This document shows positions 30,642 to 41,385 of a DNA stretch of 64,000 nucleotides, one piece after another (within the stretch, counting starts at the first letter, position 1; the number at the start of each line of letters is the position of its first letter). A program made the position numbers and the translations under genes. The stretch spans positions 14,989 to 78,988 of the forward strand of contig CALXUM010000007.1 in NCBI GenBank assembly GCA_944391685.1. Reading direction: 5' to 3'. The notes below the pieces were generated by a model. The model was not told the origin of the DNA, did no database searches, and saw only the letters and a list, made by a program, of their open reading frames with translations. This stretch comes from an uncultured Alphaproteobacteria bacterium (GTDB lineage: Bacteria > Pseudomonadota > Alphaproteobacteria > RF32 > CAG-239).

Positions 30642-33080
30642 ATGAGCATAACCAAACTTAAATCAGAACAACTATACACCAAGTGCGATCCTAAAAAATT
30701 CAAATTTGCCACCACGGCAGAATTGGAAGAAAGATTATCGGCATTAGGACAAGACAGAGCTTTAAGTGCGGTTGAGGTTGGCATAAATATTCAGTCCAAA
30801 GGATATAACTTATTTTGCTTGGGTCCTGAGGGTACCGGCAAAACCAGCTTGGTTAAAAGAGTTTTAGTTAATGAAGCCAAAAAACGTCCCACTCCGGATG
30901 ATTGGGCTTATGTTTATAATTTTGATGAACCATATAAACCTCAAGCCATAAGCTTTCCCGCCGGCACGGCCACAGAATTTGCTAAGGATGTCGATAAGTT
31001 AATAGAAACTTTATCATCTAGTATTCCAACCATATTAGAAAGTGATGAATATAAAGCAAGCTTGAACATTATCCATGAGAAATATAAACAGCATAAAGAA
31101 GAATATATCAAAATCTTGCAAAAAAAAGCTAAAGGCAAAAGTGTTTCATTATTGCATATGCCTGTAGGTTTGGTCGTTGCCCCAACCAAAAACGGAGAGG
31201 TTTTGAGTCCCGATGCTTTTGACGAACTTCCTGAAGACGAGAAAAAACAACTCATCAATGATCTGAATCAGATGCAGGAAGAGATTGAAAACACGGCTCA
31301 AGATTTGCCACAATGGGAAGATAAGCAACGCAAAGAAACTAATGATCTGCGTGAAAAATTTCTTAAAGCAACAGTCAAAAATCCTATAGATGCTCTTCAT
31401 GCCAAATATAAAGGCCATAAACAAGCCAATGATTTTTTGAAAAAAATTCAAAAATACATTCTGGGTAATGTTGATGAGTTTTTACCATCGCAAGAGGGCA
31501 GCTCTTCAGAAGGTAATGCTGAGGATCCTTTGTCGGCACTTCTTTCCAAAATCAAACAACCTGAAGAAGATAAATATGCCAAATTTAAAGTTAATGTAAT
31601 TGTCAAAAATGAAAAAGATGCCGGAGCCCCGATAATTCATCTTGACCACCCAACTCAAGGTAATCTTGTCGGACGAGTTGAAAGAATACAACAATACGGT
31701 GCCCTGTTAACCGATTTTACTTTGATTAAAGCTGGTGCATTGCATCAGGCTAACGGCGGATTCTTGCTTATAGATGCCCGTAAACTTTTGCTTCAACCCT
31801 ATGCTTGGGATTCTCTAAAAAGGGCACTGGCTTCAAAAACCATAAAAATTGAGGCTCCTAGCGAAGATACAACCTTTACAACTATCTCGCTTGATCCTGA
31901 GCCGATTCCGTTGAAAGTAAAAGTAATTTTGACCGGAGATGAAGAATTATATGAGATTCTCTCTGAAAAAGATCCTGATTTTTCTGACTTTTTCAAAGTT
32001 GAAGCTGATTTTGGTATTTTAATGGATCGTACTCCGGATAATGAAATTGAATACGCCAAACTTATCGGCTCATTGTCTAAAAAGAAAAAACTGCGTTCGC
32101 TCAATCGTCAAGCGGTGGCAAAAGTCATAGAATATTCCTCTCGTTTAGCCGAGGATTCACAAAAACTGACCGCTCATATTGCCTCAATAGGTGACTTACT
32201 GAGAGAGGCCGATTATTGGGCTCGCAAATCCAAAGCCAATCAAATCGGCAAAAACCACATAGAACAGGCAATTCAAGCTCAAATATATCGCAGCGATAGA
32301 ATTAAACAGGCTATGCTTGAGCAAATTGATAAAGGTACTATTTTAATGGATGTCTGTGGTGAAAGAGTAGGACAAATTAATGGTCTTGTCGTTTACAATT
32401 TCTCTCGTACAAGTTTTGGAAAACCGGCTCGCATAACCACACAGGTTCGCATAGGTAACGGGGAATTTATTAATATTGAGCGTGAAGTTGAAATGAGCGG
32501 ACCGATTCACACCAAAGGAGTTTTGATCTTACAAAGCCTGTTGGCTAATCGTTTTGCTAAATTTTCTCCATTATCATTGGAAGCATCAATAGTTTTTGAA
32601 CAGTCTTATGGCGGTGTTGATGGCGACAGTGCATCGTCAACAGAATACTACTGCATGCTTTCAGCCATATCTAACCTTCCGATTAAACAAAGCATTGCCG
32701 TTACCGGATCAATTAACCAGTTTGGAGAAATTCAACCAATTGGTGGTGTAAATGAAAAAATAGAAGGCTTTTTTGATGTTTGTAATCATCGAGGCTTGAC
32801 CGGGAAACAAGGCGTGATAATTCCTCGTACAAATGTTAAAGATTTAATGCTCAGAGAAGACGTTTTAAAAGCTGTTGATGAAGGGCGATTCCATGTTTGG
32901 GCAATTGATAATGTTGATGATGGTATTGAGATCTTAACCGGTATAAAAGCAGGCGTCATGGATAAAAAAGGACGCTATCCTAAAGGCACGGTTAATTATG
33001 CCGTTCAAAAAAATCTGGAAGCGTTTTACAAACAATATGTTCGTTACGCAAAAGAAACACACGGATGTTTTGGTAAGTAG
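30642..33080 (+). CDS. Lon-related ATP-dependent protease (AAA+ N-terminal plus S16 Lon proteolytic C-terminal domain; COG1067-like)
   Basis: Walker A GPEGTGKTS near the N-terminus. The C-terminus has a Lon_C-like YGGVDGDSASSTEYYCMLSAIS...VTGSINQFGEIQPIGGVNEKIEGFF (Ser-Lys dyad region). Confidence 0.7.
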   Translation: MSITKLKSEQLYTKCDPKKFKFATTAELEERLSALGQDRALSAVEVGINIQSKGYNLFCLGPEGTGKTSLVKRVLVNEAKKRPTPDDWAYVYNFDEPYKPQAISFPAGTATEFAKDVDKLIETLSSSIPTILESDEYKASLNIIHEKYKQHKEEYIKILQKKAKGKSVSLLHMPVGLVVAPTKNGEVLSPDAFDELPEDEKKQLINDLNQMQEEIENTAQDLPQWEDKQRKETNDLREKFLKATVKNPIDALHAKYKGHKQANDFLKKIQKYILGNVDEFLPSQEGSSSEGNAEDPLSALLSKIKQPEEDKYAKFKVNVIVKNEKDAGAPIIHLDHPTQGNLVGRVERIQQYGALLTDFTLIKAGALHQANGGFLLIDARKLLLQPYAWDSLKRALASKTIKIEAPSEDTTFTTISLDPEPIPLKVKVILTGDEELYEILSEKDPDFSDFFKVEADFGILMDRTPDNEIEYAKLIGSLSKKKKLRSLNRQAVAKVIEYSSRLAEDSQKLTAHIASIGDLLREADYWARKSKANQIGKNHIEQAIQAQIYRSDRIKQAMLEQIDKGTILMDVCGERVGQINGLVVYNFSRTSFGKPARITTQVRIGNGEFINIEREVEMSGPIHTKGVLILQSLLANRFAKFSPLSLEASIVFEQSYGGVDGDSASSTEYYCMLSAISNLPIKQSIAVTGSINQFGEIQPIGGVNEKIEGFFDVCNHRGLTGKQGVIIPRTNVKDLMLREDVLKAVDEGRFHVWAIDNVDDGIEILTGIKAGVMDKKGRYPKGTVNYAVQKNLEAFYKQYVRYAKETHGCFGK

Positions 33081-33125
33081 GAATAAAAGAGCCGGAATTA
33101 TTTCCGGCTTTTTTATTATTAAAAT

Positions 33126-34010
33126 CTATTTTGGGGCTTCTATTGATAATGTATTCAACTGTGGCTTTTTATGTGTGAGAATGCTAATAACCTTAATCAA
33201 CACATCACGTAGTTCCGGCCTTCTTACCACAATATCTACCATGCCGTGCTCTTTCAAATACTCTGCTCGCTGAAAACCTTCTGGCAATTTTTCTCTGATG
33301 GTTTGCTCAATTACACGAGCTCCGGCAAAACCGATGACACATCCTTTTTCGGCAATATGTACATCACCAAGCATTGCAAAAGAAGCAGAAACTCCGCCTG
33401 TTGTAGGGTCTGTTAAAACAGAAATGAAAGGTAAGCCTTTTTCTTTAACCATATTAACAGCAGCTGTTGTGCGAGCCATTTGCATTAAAGATAATATACC
33501 TTCTTGCATACGAGCTCCACCAGATGCTGTTATGGTAATTAGAGGATAGTTTCCTCGCATAGCCAATTCACCGGCTTTTACAATTCCTTCACCTACATAT
33601 GTTCCCATTGAACCGCCCATAAAACTAAAATCCATTGCGGCTACGACACATGTAATGCCGCCGATTTCTCCCTGAGCAACCTTAATCGCATCTTCATTTC
33701 CGGTAGCTTTGCGATAAGATTTTAAGCGATCGGTATATCTTTTTGAATCTTTAAAATTTAAAGGATCTTCCTTGAGTTTAGGTAAGGTTATCAATTTATA
33801 TTTGCCACCGTCAAACAACATTTCAAAACGTTTGTTAATCGGCAAACGCAAATGATGATCACAGGAAGTGCAAATATAATTGTTTTTTTCCAGCTCTTTT
33901 GTAAAAAGCATCTGCCCGCATTCAGGACACTTGGTCCATAAATTATCGGCAATTTCTTTAGTGGTTATTTTTTTTATTTTAGGTCTAACAAAGTCAGATA
34001 ACCAATTCAT
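33126..34010 (-). CDS. accD: Acetyl-CoA carboxylase carboxyltransferase beta subunit
   Basis: Zinc finger CPECGQ...CTSCDHHLR and a carboxyltransferase domain. Confidence 0.9.
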   Translation of the reverse strand: MNWLSDFVRPKIKKITTKEIADNLWTKCPECGQMLFTKELEKNNYICTSCDHHLRLPINKRFEMLFDGGKYKLITLPKLKEDPLNFKDSKRYTDRLKSYRKATGNEDAIKVAQGEIGGITCVVAAMDFSFMGGSMGTYVGEGIVKAGELAMRGNYPLITITASGGARMQEGILSLMQMARTTAAVNMVKEKGLPFISVLTDPTTGGVSASFAMLGDVHIAEKGCVIGFAGARVIEQTIREKLPEGFQRAEYLKEHGMVDIVVRRPELRDVLIKVISILTHKKPQLNTLSIEAPK

Positions 34011-34032
34011 TTTTTTCTACCTTAAAGTTAGA

Positions 34033-34446
34033 TTATTTTTCAGCCTTATTTTCTGCTTGATCGGTTTTTTTACTTCTAAACAAGTTCTTTATTTTTTCAC
34101 CCAAAGAAGGCTTGGGCAATTGAGCCTCAATCTCTTTCAAATTTTCAAGGTTTTCATGCAAACCTTCCATCTCTTTGACCAAGCGTTGTTGCTCCTTGTT
34201 TAACTTTTTATTTTGCTTCTTTTGTTGTCTTAATGCTTTACGTAGCGGAGCATAAGACAGCCAAGAAAAGAAATCTCCCATAATGAAACCGAAAATAATA
34301 AAGAAGACAATAGCCACGCTGAGTGAAACGGTTATTTCAATATAAAAAGGCCACAAATCAAACGTAACCAAATCGTTGTTGACAAAGGCAAACACCAAAA
34401 TCACAACCAACAACGGCAGTCCGATCAGCATTTTTATAAAACCCAT
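34033..34446 (-). CDS. lapA: LapA/YciS-like inner-membrane protein (DUF1049)
   Basis: Two TM helices plus a charged coiled C-terminus. It sits immediately downstream of ihfB. Confidence 0.5.
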   Translation of the reverse strand: MGFIKMLIGLPLLVVILVFAFVNNDLVTFDLWPFYIEITVSLSVAIVFFIIFGFIMGDFFSWLSYAPLRKALRQQKKQNKKLNKEQQRLVKEMEGLHENLENLKEIEAQLPKPSLGEKIKNLFRSKKTDQAENKAEK

Positions 34447-34482
34447 GAGCCAAGCTCCTTAATTTTTAAGCTGTAATAAGCT

Positions 34483-34761
34483 TTATTTATTTAACAGTTC
34501 AAACAATTGTTTTCCGGTTTTAAAGTGAGGAATGTTACGCTCTTCCACTTTCACCTGTTCGCCTGTACGAGGATTCTTTGCAATACGCGGAGAACGAGTG
34601 CGAACGGAAAAAGCTCCAAATCCGCGAAATTCAACTCTGTCGCCGACAGCCAATGAGCTGATAATTTTATCAAAAACAACATTGACGATTCTTTCAACAT
34701 CTTTAAGCATCAAGTGCGGATTTTTAGCAGCAATTTTTTCAATTAATTCAGATTTTGTCAC
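34483..34761 (-). CDS. ihfB: Integration host factor beta subunit
   Basis: [11 protein letters not shown]...[27 protein letters not shown]. The start is GTG with a GAGGT Shine-Dalgarno. Confidence 0.85.
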   Translation of the reverse strand: MTKSELIEKIAAKNPHLMLKDVERIVNVVFDKIISSLAVGDRVEFRGFGAFSVRTRSPRIAKNPRTGEQVKVEERNIPHFKTGKQLFELLNK

Positions 34762-34876
34762 TTTAGTACCTCATTATTATTTATTGTTGTCGTTAACTTA
34801 CCTTTTTTTATTATAATTATCAATATATCAATTTAAAAAAAAGCCCAAATTTAAACCGTTAGTTATCCAAAGGGAA

Positions 34877-36022
34877 TTATTCATCATTTGCCAAACGAGC
34901 AACGGTTATTTGCGGGTTGGATTCTCCCAATTCAATATCCTCTATTCTTTGGATTCTTTTTCCGATTTTGCCTGAAGAAATTTTGATGTTTTCAACATCT
35001 TCATTGGCTTGTTTGAAGTGGCGGCTCAAATTATCGATTCTTTCATCCAGACGACCGATATCTTCCACTAAAGTGCCGACTTCTTTTTGAATAACTCCGG
35101 CTTGTTCTCTCATTTTGGCATCTTTTAATATTGCCCGAATAGTGTTTAAGGTTGCCATCAATGTTGTGGGAGAAACAATCCAAACTTTTGCTCGGTAAGA
35201 ACTCTCAACCACATCGGTAAAATTTGCGTGTAACTCGGCATAAATTGCTTCACTCGGCAAAAACATTAAAGCCGATTCCGCCGTTTCTCCCGGTAGTATA
35301 TATTTTTCAGAAATGTCTTTTATGTGCTTAAGTACCGAAGCTCTGAAAAATCTTTGAGCTTCGATTCTTTCTCTGTCGTTAGATGCTTCACGCAAAGCGT
35401 GATAACTCTCAAGAGGAAATTTAGCGTCAATGACGATTGTTCCCGGAGGATTCGGCAGTTTGAGCTCACAATCGGCACGCTTTCCGTTTGATAAAATTGC
35501 TTGGAATTCATAAGCATTGGGTGGCAAAATATTGGTTACCAAGTCATTAAGCTGAATTTCTCCGAAAGCACCTCTGGCTTGTTTGTTTGATAATACTTCT
35601 TGCAGGGAAACAACTTGCTCCGAAAGGGAAGAAATTTTTTGCTGAGCAACATCAATTTTAGCCAAACGTTCTCTCAAATCGGTTAATGTTTCAGTGGTTT
35701 TGGCTGTCGTCTGTTGCAGACCTTCGCCCACGCTTTTGGTAACGGCCAAAAGTTTTTCATCCATAATTTTTAGAACAGCCATTTTCTGCTCATTAATTGC
35801 CGCGGCAATCTTATTTTGTTCTTGGGCGTTATATTCGCTTAACTGAGATAACCTTCCTGCCAACTCGGCTTGACTTTTAAGCAGGAGCTCACTTAAGGAT
35901 TCTTTTTCTTTTTTATATTTTCCCAAAAACCAAAAAAATAAATTTCCTGCCAGCAATATTAACAGCAGAATGATCAAAACTAACCCTAAGTTAGAACCTG
36001 CTAAATTACTTAGATTCTGCAA
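34877..36022 (-). CDS. rmuC: DNA recombination protein RmuC
   Basis: N-terminal TM, a coiled coil and a RmuC nuclease-like C-terminus. The start is a TTG that overlaps the accA stop by 17 nt. Confidence 0.75.
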   Translation of the reverse strand: MQNLSNLAGSNLGLVLIILLLILLAGNLFFWFLGKYKKEKESLSELLLKSQAELAGRLSQLSEYNAQEQNKIAAAINEQKMAVLKIMDEKLLAVTKSVGEGLQQTTAKTTETLTDLRERLAKIDVAQQKISSLSEQVVSLQEVLSNKQARGAFGEIQLNDLVTNILPPNAYEFQAILSNGKRADCELKLPNPPGTIVIDAKFPLESYHALREASNDRERIEAQRFFRASVLKHIKDISEKYILPGETAESALMFLPSEAIYAELHANFTDVVESSYRAKVWIVSPTTLMATLNTIRAILKDAKMREQAGVIQKEVGTLVEDIGRLDERIDNLSRHFKQANEDVENIKISSGKIGKRIQRIEDIELGESNPQITVARLANDE

Positions 36023-36980
36023 AATGGCGTCCCATCCTCAAAAATTTTTCCGTGCGGCGTTTTTTAAGTTCATCACCGCTTTGCGTCATAAGTTCTTTTA
36101 AATGTTTTAATATACTGTCGCCAACTCTTTCAATTGCTTGTTCACGATTCCTGTGAGCTCCGCCCAAAGGCTCCGTAATAATCTCATCAATTACCCCCAG
36201 ACGACGCAGGTCTTGAGCGGTCAAACGCAAAGCTTCGGTAGCTTCTTTTACCTTATCGGCAGAACGCCAAAGAATGGATGCGCATCCTTCCGGTGAAATA
36301 ACCGAATATATGGAGTGTTCCAACATCAAAACACGGTTTGCGGTAGCAATGGCAATGGCACCGCCTGAACCGCCTTCTCCGATAACGACCGACACAATCG
36401 GTGTGCGAATTTTTAGGCATTTTTCAATAGATGCGGCAATGGCTTCGGCTTGCCCTCTGGCTTCGGCTTCTACACCGGGAAAAGCTCCAGATGTATCAAC
36501 AAAAGCAATAACCGGCAGCGAAAATTTATCAGCCAAATCCATTAAGCGTTGTGCTTTACGATAACCTTCAGGCTTGGCCATTCCGAAATTATATTTCATT
36601 CTGGATTCAATGTCGTGACCTTTTTCTTGCCCGATAACCACAACCGAAATTCCCTTAAAACGACCGATACCGCCGATCATGGCTTCATCATCGGCAAAGC
36701 AACGATCTCCGCACAAAGGAGTAAAATCTTCAATCAAGGCATGAACATAATCCAAGCAATGCGGACGCTGCGGGTGTCTTGCTACTTGGGATTTTTGCCA
36801 AGGAGTAAGGTTAGAGTAAGAAGCCCTCATTTGTTTTTCCAATTTTTGTTGCAGACGAGCCAACTCTTGCGAAATGTCTACATCTTCACTTTGGGTTAAA
36901 TATTTAAGACTTTCAATTTTTGATTCAATCTCAAAAATGTTTTTTTCAAAATCCAAAACTAAAGTATCAGAATCACTCAT
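36006..36980 (-). CDS. accA: Acetyl-CoA carboxylase carboxyltransferase alpha subunit
   Basis: [18 protein letters not shown]...[16 protein letters not shown]. The start was moved to ATG MSDSDTL at 36980. The ORF-track start at 37040 is a TTG that adds a Cys-rich 20-aa extension. Confidence 0.9.
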   Translation of the reverse strand: MSDSDTLVLDFEKNIFEIESKIESLKYLTQSEDVDISQELARLQQKLEKQMRASYSNLTPWQKSQVARHPQRPHCLDYVHALIEDFTPLCGDRCFADDEAMIGGIGRFKGISVVVIGQEKGHDIESRMKYNFGMAKPEGYRKAQRLMDLADKFSLPVIAFVDTSGAFPGVEAEARGQAEAIAASIEKCLKIRTPIVSVVIGEGGSGGAIAIATANRVLMLEHSIYSVISPEGCASILWRSADKVKEATEALRLTAQDLRRLGVIDEIITEPLGGAHRNREQAIERVGDSILKHLKELMTQSGDELKKRRTEKFLRMGRHFAESK

Positions 36981-37155
36981 TACAACACTCTTTTTTTTAT
37001 TACACAAATTTTTACCACATCCATAACACGTTTTTTTCAAAAATTCGACTCTTATTTTTCTTTTTGTGCAAGAAGTAAGGATTTTTGTTGGAAAAATAGT
37101 TAATATTTATTAATATTCAAAAATAAAATGCATTTTATTTAGAAGGAGAACTCGT

Positions 37156-38442
37156 TTGCTGGCTATATCCTTTTTTACGCTTATTTTCTCGTCCTTACTT
37201 TGGCTTATCTACTCGCTTCGTTTTATATTTGACAACCTTAAGGGAATATCTTTTTTTGATGCCGGGTTGGCAAACGTTTTGCTTTATACGTTGTTGGTTT
37301 GTTTGCCTATATTTTTGATGTGGATGGTTTTTGCCTTCATTAACCAATACCTAAGCAACCGTAACTTTGGTATACAAATGCAAAAGCTTTTTCAACAAAT
37401 GAAGAAAAACCAAGATTATTCTGATCTTCTTGCCAGAGTTATGATTGAAACCGAACAGCAGGTAAAAGACGGCTTTGTCTTAAATCGCTTTGATTTGCTG
37501 ATTGCCGATATGAATGAGCTTTTGTCAGAGATTATTCGCGGTTGCAAACTTGCATCCGGAGAACAAATAGAAAATTTATGGAGCAAAGTTCAAAACGGCG
37601 GCAAGTGGTCTTTCGGCAAGGTTATTATTGAGGTTAATAATACCCAGCCTAATTTTCAGATGCGTATTTATGAACGCTCAATCCGCGACAGTGTTGTCGG
37701 GGGAACCATAATGGAGTTTTGTGCTCGTTATTTAGCTGTTGTTAAAATGCTTGAGAAACATGATCAAGATAAAGTCTTTTTGAATATGATAGAAACCGGA
37801 GTTATGGGTAAAGTCTTTTCTATCCTTTCTCCGGTTGCCGAGGAAGTTCGCCGCAATCGAGAAAGTAAAGCAACTTTTGTTCGTTCTGAACCTGAAGTAA
37901 AGCCAACCCCTCAGCCTCGTCCTGCACCTCGTCCTGCTCCGCAAAGACCTGAGCCTAAACCAATAACAGAACCACAAAAAAATATTTTTGATCGTTTTAA
38001 GGAGTGGAAACGCAAAAAAGAAGAACCTGAAGCTCCTATAAACAGAGATCCTTTCTCAATAGCTCTTGAAAGAAGCTTTGGAGACAATAACGATGATTTT
38101 GAAAGCTCTTCTGAACCTTTGTTGAATTCGGAAAAACAAGACGTTGTTGAAGAACCGCATTTTGAAATTTCTCCTCCGGCAGAATTTAATCACGAAGAAA
38201 CTGTCTTTCTAAAAGATGAACAAGAAACAAAAATTGCATCGCCGATTGTTGAACCTGAAGAAATAAGTGATACACAAAAAACTCTGGATTCTCTCAAAAA
38301 AGAATGGGAAAATTTTCCGATTACTGAAAAGGGAAACCAAGAAGAGCCAAAGGAAACAGAAGAAAAATCCCCTGCAATGAATGAAGAGAACTTGGCTTAT
38401 CCTTTTGGTGGCTGGGTGGATGAGCAGAATTACAACAAATGA
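37156..38442 (+). CDS. Hypothetical membrane protein with Pro-rich/acidic C-terminal tail
   Basis: Two or three N-terminal TM helices and a PTPQPRPAPRPAPQRPEPKP tract. Confidence 0.35.
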   Translation: MLAISFFTLIFSSLLWLIYSLRFIFDNLKGISFFDAGLANVLLYTLLVCLPIFLMWMVFAFINQYLSNRNFGIQMQKLFQQMKKNQDYSDLLARVMIETEQQVKDGFVLNRFDLLIADMNELLSEIIRGCKLASGEQIENLWSKVQNGGKWSFGKVIIEVNNTQPNFQMRIYERSIRDSVVGGTIMEFCARYLAVVKMLEKHDQDKVFLNMIETGVMGKVFSILSPVAEEVRRNRESKATFVRSEPEVKPTPQPRPAPRPAPQRPEPKPITEPQKNIFDRFKEWKRKKEEPEAPINRDPFSIALERSFGDNNDDFESSSEPLLNSEKQDVVEEPHFEISPPAEFNHEETVFLKDEQETKIASPIVEPEEISDTQKTLDSLKKEWENFPITEKGNQEEPKETEEKSPAMNEENLAYPFGGWVDEQNYNK

Positions 38443-40241
38443 AAAAGTTTTTAACCTTTTTAATTCTTATTATCTCTTTCCCTATACAAGCGGCAGAAAT
38501 CAGCTTGAGCGATTCTTTGGCACTGTATGGCAAACCCGAATATGATTCAGGATTTAAAAATTTTAATTATGTAAACCCAGATGCTCCCAAGGGCGGTCGG
38601 ATAGTCATGCCTGCATATGGTGGCTATGATAACTTTAACCCTTTTATTTTTAAAGGAATAGCCGCTCCTGAGGTTGCAGAGCTAACGCTTGATAGTTTAG
38701 GAGTTTCTCCGGTTGATGACGTCGCAACGGTTTATCCATTGGTTGCCAAGCAATTTGAATTGCCAAAAGATAATTCATTTGTCGGATTCCTTCTAGATGA
38801 GCGAGCCAAATTTAGCGACGGCACCCCAATAACCGCCGATGATGTCATTTTTAGCTTTAATGCTTTGATAAATAAAGGAGCTCCTTTATATAAGGTTTAT
38901 TACGCCGATGTTGAAAGAGTTGAAAAAGTCAATAACCGTCACGTCAGATTTTGGTTCAAAAAAGACAGCAAAAATAAGGAACTTCCTCTAATTTTGTCAC
39001 AATTTAAAATTTATTCGGCCAAAGATTGGAATGGCAAAGATTTTTCTACTCCAAGCCTAAGAATTCCTTTGGGAAGTGGGCCTTATAAAGTTGATAAGTT
39101 TTCTCCTGGTAAATATACGGTTTTACGCCGCAATCCTGATTACTGGGCTAAAGACTTGCCAAGCCGTAAAGGTTTTTTTAATTTTGATGAAATCAGATAT
39201 GATTACTATCAAGATACTACGGTTACCCTACAGGCTCTGTTTGCCGGTAGTATAGATATAAGAGAAGAATATATTGCCAAAATTTGGGTTAGTGGTTATG
39301 ACAACGATATCGTCAAACAAGGTAGAATAATAAAAGAAGAAATCCCACATAATCGCCCTGCTACACTACAATATTTTGGCTTTAATACCAGATTGAACAA
39401 GTTCAGTGATCGCAGGGTTCGTGAGGCTATAGGCTTAGCGTTTGATTTCAATTGGGCCAATGATAAACTGTTTTACAATCAATACCAAAGAATTTACAGC
39501 TATTTCAGTAATACAGAAATGGAAGCGACTGGTTTGCCGCAAGGCAAAGAATTGCAAATTTTAAATAAATATAAAGAGCAGTTGCCTCCACAAGTCTTTA
39601 ATAAGGCTCCCCAATTACCGTCTCATAAAGATTATATGGAAAGCAGGAAAAATCTGAAAAAAGCTGTTGAACTGCTTAAAGCCGCCGGCTATGATTTTGT
39701 TGATGGCAAAATGACCAATTTATCAACCGGAGAGCCATTGGAAATAGAGGTTTTAAGTAATTCAGCCAATGGCTCCACTTTCACCAGAGTCATGCTGCCG
39801 TTTATTGAAAACTTAAGAAAAATTGGTATCAAAATGACTTTCCGCAATCTGGAGGTAAATGTATTTAAAAATCGTCTTGATACATTTGATTTTGAAATGG
39901 CAATTTTATCTTTTCGCATAAGCTCAATGCCAGGTAATGAACAGTTTGAGATGTGGGGTTCTCGTTCAGCCAACATTCATGGCAGCTATAATATGATGGG
40001 AATTGCCAATCCGGTTGTCGATGATTTGATAAAAGGTCTGGTTGAAGCTCATGATAAAGAAACATATCAGGCTTACGTAAGAGCACTTGATCGAGTTTTA
40101 CTTAATGAACATTACATGATTCCGCAATGGTATTCTCCGCATGACAGAGTTGCCTATTGGAAAAAATTTAAACATCCTGAAACGAGTGTAAAAGCCGGAT
40201 TCAACCCCTTTATCTGGTGGTCAGAAGGAGCTCAAAAATGA
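38439..40241 (+). CDS. yejA: ABC transporter substrate-binding protein, family 5 (YejA/oligopeptide-like)
   Basis: Signal peptide, an SBP_bac_5-like length of 600 aa, and overlap with the downstream permease. Confidence 0.75.
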   Translation: MKKFLTFLILIISFPIQAAEISLSDSLALYGKPEYDSGFKNFNYVNPDAPKGGRIVMPAYGGYDNFNPFIFKGIAAPEVAELTLDSLGVSPVDDVATVYPLVAKQFELPKDNSFVGFLLDERAKFSDGTPITADDVIFSFNALINKGAPLYKVYYADVERVEKVNNRHVRFWFKKDSKNKELPLILSQFKIYSAKDWNGKDFSTPSLRIPLGSGPYKVDKFSPGKYTVLRRNPDYWAKDLPSRKGFFNFDEIRYDYYQDTTVTLQALFAGSIDIREEYIAKIWVSGYDNDIVKQGRIIKEEIPHNRPATLQYFGFNTRLNKFSDRRVREAIGLAFDFNWANDKLFYNQYQRIYSYFSNTEMEATGLPQGKELQILNKYKEQLPPQVFNKAPQLPSHKDYMESRKNLKKAVELLKAAGYDFVDGKMTNLSTGEPLEIEVLSNSANGSTFTRVMLPFIENLRKIGIKMTFRNLEVNVFKNRLDTFDFEMAILSFRISSMPGNEQFEMWGSRSANIHGSYNMMGIANPVVDDLIKGLVEAHDKETYQAYVRALDRVLLNEHYMIPQWYSPHDRVAYWKKFKHPETSVKAGFNPFIWWSEGAQK

Positions 40242-41317
40242 GAACATATATCCTAAAAAGACTTTTGTTGATACCGGTTACGTTGTTGGGGATCCTGACT
40301 CTCAATTTTATTATAATTCAATTTGCTCCGGGAGGCCCCATCGAACACACTTTGGCTAAATATCAAGGCATGAATGTTGATTCTAAAAGTCAATTTTCAG
40401 GTACGGCTCAACTGAACAGCTCTTCTCCTTCAACTTCAAAATACCAAGGAGCTCAAGGAGTTCCTCCTGAATTGATAGCAGAACTGGAAAAACAATTTGG
40501 GTTTGACAAACCGGCGTATGTCAGATTTTTTAAGATGATATCTGATTATGCTCGTTTTGATTTTGGAAAGAGCTTTTATCAGGACAAAACGGTAGGGAAT
40601 TTAATTTTGGAACGTATGCCGGTTTCAATTTCTTTAGGCCTTTGGTCAACTCTTATAATCTATCTTATATCGATTCCATTAGGTATAAAAAAGGCCGTTC
40701 GCGACGGTTCTTCTTTTGATGTCTGGACGTCTTTTTTGGTTATCTTAGGTTCGGCAATCCCTGTATTCTTGTTTGCGGTGTTCTTAATAGTGTTTTTTGC
40801 CGGCGGTACATATTTGCAATGGTTTCCTTTACATGGGTTAACTTCAGATAATTGGGACAGTTTATCTTGGAGCGGCAAAGTTTTGGATTATTTTTGGCAT
40901 ATAACTCTGCCGGTTTTTGCAATGGTTATAGGAGGCTTTGCAAGCTTAACCATGCTAACAAAAAACTCTTTTTTGGACGAGATTAATAAACAATATGTTT
41001 TAACGGCTAAATCCAAAGGTTTAACCGAAAATCAAATATTATACGGACATGTTTTCCGCAATGCTATGTTGATAGTAATTGCAGGCTTTCCGACATTATT
41101 GATAAAAATGCTTTTTACTGGATCATTGCTTATAGAAGTTATCTTTTCACTTAATGGACTGGGCTTGCTGGGTTATGAAGCCATTATGACCAGAGATTAT
41201 CCGGTAATTTTTGGCACCATGTATATATTTGCTCTTTTAGGGCTAATATTAAAGTTGATATCTGACATAACTTACTCAATAATAGATCCAAGAATTAACT
41301 TTGATTCCAGAAGTTAA
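40217..41317 (+). CDS. yejB: ABC transporter permease (YejB/OppB-like)
   Basis: Six-TM BPD_transp_1 permease with a conserved EAA-type loop. Confidence 0.75.
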   Translation: MVRRSSKMRTYILKRLLLIPVTLLGILTLNFIIIQFAPGGPIEHTLAKYQGMNVDSKSQFSGTAQLNSSSPSTSKYQGAQGVPPELIAELEKQFGFDKPAYVRFFKMISDYARFDFGKSFYQDKTVGNLILERMPVSISLGLWSTLIIYLISIPLGIKKAVRDGSSFDVWTSFLVILGSAIPVFLFAVFLIVFFAGGTYLQWFPLHGLTSDNWDSLSWSGKVLDYFWHITLPVFAMVIGGFASLTMLTKNSFLDEINKQYVLTAKSKGLTENQILYGHVFRNAMLIVIAGFPTLLIKMLFTGSLLIEVIFSLNGLGLLGYEAIMTRDYPVIFGTMYIFALLGLILKLISDITYSIIDPRINFDSRS

Positions 41318-41385
41318 CCAATATTAAACAACCATTGTTATAATAATATATTATTAGCTTTTATAACCATAAAATAAGGGAAGAA

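Noticed and set aside
36981-37040. 20-codon N-terminal extension of accA ([20 protein letters not shown])
   Set aside because: The ORF-track start is a TTG. The conserved AccA N-terminus begins at the ATG MSDSDTL, which has an upstream AAGAG.
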